In this document: positions 33,927 to 37,976 of the stretch, piece after piece
Layout of the letters: each line of letters starts with the position of its first letter
Numbering within the stretch: position 1 is the first letter of the stretch
IMG/VR virus record: IMGVR_UViG_3300037467_000854
Coordinates: 1 to 37,976 of that record
Direction: 5' to 3' (one strand)
From: a virus
Lineage: Duplodnaviria; Caudoviricetes
Length of the DNA: 37,976 nucleotides
Notes under the pieces: model-generated
The model's input: the letters and a program-made list of their open reading frames with translations, nothing else
Told to the model about the DNA's origin: nothing
Database searches by the model: none
Position numbers and translations under genes: made by a program

Positions 33927-34372
33927 CGATCCGACACGCCACTGCCGATGACGTAGACGCGCTGGTCGCACTGGGGCAACGCATGCAGGCCGAATCGCCG
34001 CGCTTCGCCAAGCTCGCTTACAACGCGCAGAAGGTCGGGACCTTGCTGGCTGGTCTGATCGATGGGCAGCACGGCTTTGTGCTGGTGGCCGAAGACGATC
34101 AAGGCCAGGCGGTCGGTGGGTTCGTCGGTTTCATGATGGCGCACTGGGCCAGTGATGACCTGATGGCGCAGGAACTGGCCGTTTTTGTGCGGCCGGACAA
34201 ACGCGGTGGCCTGATGGCGGCGCGCATGGTGCGCATGTTTGCCGCCTGGGCAAAGGAACGCGGGTGCAAGCAGACGGTCCTTGGCATCAGCACGGGAGTT
34301 CGGGTTGAGGAAACGGCGCAACTGTACCGCGCGCTGGGGCTGAAACAGTTCGGTTACTGCTTTGAGGTGTAG
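33923..34372 (+). CDS. GNAT-family acetyltransferase (149 aa)
   Basis: IRHATADD, FVRPDKRGG acetyl-CoA-binding motif and LYRALGL; T7 gp13-like position. Confidence 0.85.
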   Translation: MTIRHATADDVDALVALGQRMQAESPRFAKLAYNAQKVGTLLAGLIDGQHGFVLVAEDDQGQAVGGFVGFMMAHWASDDLMAQELAVFVRPDKRGGLMAARMVRMFAAWAKERGCKQTVLGISTGVRVEETAQLYRALGLKQFGYCFEV

Positions 34373-34375
34373 ACC

Positions 34376-34843
34376 ATGTGTACAGGATTAGAAATCGCCC
34401 TCATCGCCGGGACCACGCTATCGGCTGGCTCGGCGCTGATGCAGGGGCAGCAAGCCAAGCAAACGGCAGATGTGAATGCCGAACTAGCGCGGCGCCAAGG
34501 CGAGGCCGACAAGGATGCGGCAGTCGCCCAGGCCGAGCAGATCAGGAAAGCTGCGCGTTACCAGATCGGCGCGGCCAATGTGGCGGCGGCGGCTTCCGGC
34601 GTCCAGATCGGGGAGGGCAGCGCCGGCATCGTGAACGAGGGCATCAGCCAGCGCTCCGAGAACGACGCCTACATGACGATCCTGTCCGGCACGCGCAAGC
34701 AGGCGACGGCCGCTAACCAGGCGATGCTGTACGAGTCGCAAGGGCGAAACGCGCAGACCGCATCCTTGTTGGCTGCCGGCGGCGCGGTGGCGTCCGGCTG
34801 GAAGACCAATCAACTGGCCAAAGCGGGGCTGAAGACAGCATGA
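34376..34843 (+). CDS. Internal virion protein (gp14-like)
   Basis: MCTG start, hydrophobic N-terminus, Ala/Gln-rich, AASGV....GS motif. Confidence 0.78.
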   Translation: MCTGLEIALIAGTTLSAGSALMQGQQAKQTADVNAELARRQGEADKDAAVAQAEQIRKAARYQIGAANVAAAASGVQIGEGSAGIVNEGISQRSENDAYMTILSGTRKQATAANQAMLYESQGRNAQTASLLAAGGAVASGWKTNQLAKAGLKTA

Positions 34844-36828
34844 AAATCCCACAAGGAAATTTCGGCAGTGTCGTCGCGGACCCGCAGCGCCAGGCGTTTG
34901 CACCGCAGGACAATCAGATCGCCACGGCGCTTGGGCAGGCGGGCGGCGCGGTCATGCAAGGCGCAGGCGCCATGCAGGCTATCGAAATCAGCAAGCAGCG
35001 CTCTGCTGCTGCGGCAACGCTTGCGACCACGGCCAACGATCTGCACGACATCCACGACGACATTTCCCGCCAGGTGGCCAGCGGGCAAATGAAGCCGGAA
35101 GACGCGCTCGAGCAATTCCGCACGCGTAGCGCTGAAGTGAAGAATGCGCGCACGGAAGGCATGACGCCTGACCAGGTGCAGGCAATCGACTCACACCTGA
35201 TTGCGGCCGGCGGAACGCTGGAGCGCAGCCTGACCGGCGTCATCGTCAAGCGCCAGCAGACGGATGTCGGCGCCAACATTTTGACCATGGGCGAGCAGTT
35301 CCAGCGCGCCGCGATGCGGGATTTGCCCGGATCGATTGCGCAGTTCGACCAGGCTGTGGACGTGATGGGGCCGCAAGCCGGCTGGGATGACCTCAAGCGG
35401 GCGCAAGCCAAGCAGGCTTTCAAGGAAGGCGCGCACTTCAACTTTGCCAATGCCACGCTGGAAGGCGCCGCGCAGACCGGCAATATCGACCTGATCCGCG
35501 CCGCGCGCCAGAAGATCGAAGGCCCGGACGGTGAGGCCATCGACCCGACCAAGCGCACCACGCTGATTACCCGCGCCTATGCCTACGAAAACGGCATATT
35601 GGCATCGAACCAGCGGGAAGCGGAAAAGCTGGCGCGCGAGGCGCAGGCCCGCGAAAACGATGGCGTGTCGGCCCTCAACGAAGCCTCCGACCTGATGAGC
35701 AAGGGGCGGTACTTCTCGCAGGACTACATCAACGAGCTGACCGCTCGCACCGCCGGCACCAAAGTGGCGCCGCAAGTTCTGGAGCTGGTGAAGTCCCAGC
35801 AGCAAGTGGCGGGCTTTGCTTCGCTGTCGCTGCAAGCCCAGGGCGCTGAGTTGGAGCGCATGCGCGCCGCCGGCTCCGACCCGAAAGCGGGCACCAACCC
35901 GGTGGCGCAGAAGGTGCAGGAGCAGCTGCAGCGCATCTATGACGCCAGCACCCAGGCGTACAAGGAAAACCCGTGGAAAGCGGCGCAAGAGCGCGGGGTG
36001 ATCCAGGATGCGCCGACCGTGACGCTCAACACGGTGCAGGACGCGCAGGCGGTGCTGGCCGAGCGCATGAAGAACATTGGCCAGGTGGAAGTCGCCGCCG
36101 GCCGCAAAATCTCGCCGCTGCAGCCGGATGAGGCGCGCGCCATTGGCCGGCTGGTGCGCTCTCTGCCGCCGGACCAGCAGTCAAGCGCGCTGGCGTCATT
36201 CGGCACCCTGATCCGCGATCCAGACCGGCTGACCGACTTTGCCCGCCAGATCGACGCCAACGACAAGGTATTGGGCACGGCCATGATGTTTGCCAACCAG
36301 CAGACCACGCAAGGTCGGTATGTCAGCGAACTGATCCTGAAAGGGGATAGGGCGATCAAGGACAAGGCCATCGTGGTGGACAACCTGAAGGAAACCGGGT
36401 GGCGCGGGGCGATTGCCAAGGAGATTGGCGATGCCTATCCGAACCAGGAACTGCGCCAGCGCATCATCGATGCCGCTTTCCTGGTGCAAGCCGGGTTTGC
36501 CGCGGAAGGGCAGGGCACCGACACCAGTCGCGCGCTGCGATTGACGGCGGGCCGGATTGTCGAGCGCAACGGCGGCAAGATCCCTCTTCCAGCCGGGATG
36601 GAGGAATCCGACTTCGAGAAGCGCCTGAAGGCGGTAAGCCTGTCCACGCCGGACGGCATGGTGAAGATTGGCGCCGCCACCATGCCAGTGGCCGACTTTG
36701 CCAAGCAGTTGCCCGATGCCCGCCTGGAATACGCCGGCCAAGGAAAATATGCGGTCAAGGCTGGAATGGGCTATGCGCTGCGGTCGGATGGAAAACCGCT
36801 GATTGTCGAGGTGGCCAATGCTCGATGA
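34840..36828 (+). CDS. Internal virion protein (gp15-like, 662 aa)
   Basis: MKIP start, helical Ala/Gln-rich composition; synteny. Confidence 0.72.
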   Translation: MKIPQGNFGSVVADPQRQAFAPQDNQIATALGQAGGAVMQGAGAMQAIEISKQRSAAAATLATTANDLHDIHDDISRQVASGQMKPEDALEQFRTRSAEVKNARTEGMTPDQVQAIDSHLIAAGGTLERSLTGVIVKRQQTDVGANILTMGEQFQRAAMRDLPGSIAQFDQAVDVMGPQAGWDDLKRAQAKQAFKEGAHFNFANATLEGAAQTGNIDLIRAARQKIEGPDGEAIDPTKRTTLITRAYAYENGILASNQREAEKLAREAQARENDGVSALNEASDLMSKGRYFSQDYINELTARTAGTKVAPQVLELVKSQQQVAGFASLSLQAQGAELERMRAAGSDPKAGTNPVAQKVQEQLQRIYDASTQAYKENPWKAAQERGVIQDAPTVTLNTVQDAQAVLAERMKNIGQVEVAAGRKISPLQPDEARAIGRLVRSLPPDQQSSALASFGTLIRDPDRLTDFARQIDANDKVLGTAMMFANQQTTQGRYVSELILKGDRAIKDKAIVVDNLKETGWRGAIAKEIGDAYPNQELRQRIIDAAFLVQAGFAAEGQGTDTSRALRLTAGRIVERNGGKIPLPAGMEESDFEKRLKAVSLSTPDGMVKIGAATMPVADFAKQLPDARLEYAGQGKYAVKAGMGYALRSDGKPLIVEVANAR

Positions 36829-37976
36829 TCTGTACCAGGAAGGCACGGACAAGGTTCTGGCCGACCGCGCCACCCGGCCGCTACCGCAGCGGACCGAATC
36901 GCCCGGCTTCGGGCTGGGCCTGTGGAATACCGTCAAAGCTCCGGTCAAGGGCGTGGTGGCCGGCGCCAATGAATCCGCCGCCTTTGCCTCCGACATCCTG
37001 GGCGCATTCGGATCGATCCAGGCCGGCATCGGCTTGCAGGCCGACCCAACGAACCTGTTCGATCCGGAAGGCCAGAAACAGCGCATCCAGGCAGGCGAGC
37101 AGGCGCGCGCGCAACTCGATAGCGGCGAAGCCTTCAGTACCGACCTTGGCGACGGATTGCGCGCCCGTTCGCGCTCCCTGATGCCCGATGCGGCAACAGC
37201 CAACGCGGCAGAAGAAGTCCTGTTCGGCCTGGGGCGCTTCATGTCCAAGGCGGTGGGCTATTCGCTGGTAGCCGGCCCGGTCCCCGGCGCGGTGATGACC
37301 GGCGCCGATGAAGGCATGACCGAGGCCGACAAGCTCAAAGCTCAGGGCGTGGATTTTGGCACCCGAACCAAGGTTGGCATGGTCGCAGGCGCGTCCGCTG
37401 CGGGCGCGGTGGCGCTGCCGATGGCCGGCAAGACGGTGGCCGGCACGGCGGGTCTGGTGGTGGCATCCGGCCCGGCCTCATTCGTCGCCCAGCAAGCCGC
37501 CTCGCGCTCGATCCTTGAGAACGCCGGCTATGACAAGATCGGCCAGCAATACGATCCGTTCGACCCGGTAGGCTTGGCCCTGTCCACACTGGTTCCGGCC
37601 GGATTTGGCGCATGGGCGATGCGCGGGGTGAAGGCCAAGCCCAAACCCGCAATCGATCCTGCCGCGGCGCGCACCTTGGCCGACATGGGCGCCAATGAAC
37701 GGCTGGCCCTGAAATACGATGATCCGCGCCTGGATGCCTACGCCGTCACCGCAGCCCAGCGCGCCGGCATTCCGCCCGAGGCTCTGCTGGCGATCAAGAA
37801 CACCGGGGAGCGTTCCAACCCGACCGCAGTGAGCCCGAAGGGGGCGCAGGGCGTGATGCAGTTCATGCCCGACACCTGGGCCGCATTCGGCAAGGGCGAT
37901 CCGCGCGACCCGGTTGCTTCCATTGATGCCGGCGCCGCTTACATGAAATCCCTGATCGACCAGTACGGCGGGGATG
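36818..37976 (+). CDS. N-terminal part of internal virion protein with SLT domain (joins 1..1215; absent from ORF track)
   Basis: GAGGTGG RBS and ATG at 36818; frame runs into AQRAGIPPEALLAIKNTGERSNPTAVSPKGAQGVMQFMP, and 37850 is a codon start matching base 1. Confidence 0.88.
   Translation, partial: MLDDLYQEGTDKVLADRATRPLPQRTESPGFGLGLWNTVKAPVKGVVAGANESAAFASDILGAFGSIQAGIGLQADPTNLFDPEGQKQRIQAGEQARAQLDSGEAFSTDLGDGLRARSRSLMPDAATANAAEEVLFGLGRFMSKAVGYSLVAGPVPGAVMTGADEGMTEADKLKAQGVDFGTRTKVGMVAGASAAGAVALPMAGKTVAGTAGLVVASGPASFVAQQAASRSILENAGYDKIGQQYDPFDPVGLALSTLVPAGFGAWAMRGVKAKPKPAIDPAAARTLADMGANERLALKYDDPRLDAYAVTAAQRAGIPPEALLAIKNTGERSNPTAVSPKGAQGVMQFMPDTWAAFGKGDPRDPVASIDAGAAYMKSLIDQYGGD
37850..37976. 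repeat. Terminal direct repeat, right copy
   Basis: Identical to bases 1-127. Confidence 0.95.

Larger units (their letters stand above)
1..37976. mobile_element. Complete temperate podovirus genome (circular or excised form, about 37,849 bp)
   Basis: Head, tail, packaging, lysis, integration, immunity and replication modules are all present, no host genes are seen, the ends overlap and attP is intact. Confidence 0.93.

Overview
The window is an apparently complete, circularly assembled temperate podovirus genome of about 37,849 bp; bases 1-127 are repeated exactly at 37850-37976. It is GC-rich, and the likely host is a Beta/Gammaproteobacterium, inferred from the CTGT-N8-ACAG LexA box and a tRNA-Leu-like attP core. 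The structural module is BPP-1/epsilon15/T7-like: portal, scaffold, capsid, decoration, tail adaptor and nozzle, a GNAT protein, and four internal/ejection proteins including a lytic transglycosylase that spans the contig ends. It is followed by terminase, tailspike and holin/SAR endolysin/spanins. The lambdoid early region has int-attP-xis, a leftward recombination/accessory operon, a cI/cro switch with four visible operators, O/P-like replication genes and a nin-like region. Main observations: (1) cI lacks a peptidase domain, and a LexA-boxed sigma70 promoter drives a convergent 68-aa ORF that looks like a copy of cI's own C-terminal domain, suggesting a SinI-like mimic antirepressor. (2) A TGTCG-N6-CGACA dyad with a fixed-distance -10-like hexamer precedes three late units and sits next to a small HTH gene, suggesting a late activator in place of Q. 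(3) An early gene encodes a circularly permuted GHKL ATPase fused to a zincin-like domain. (4) There are several candidate anti-defence and superinfection-exclusion genes. All product calls come from motif recognition and synteny; no database searches were run.
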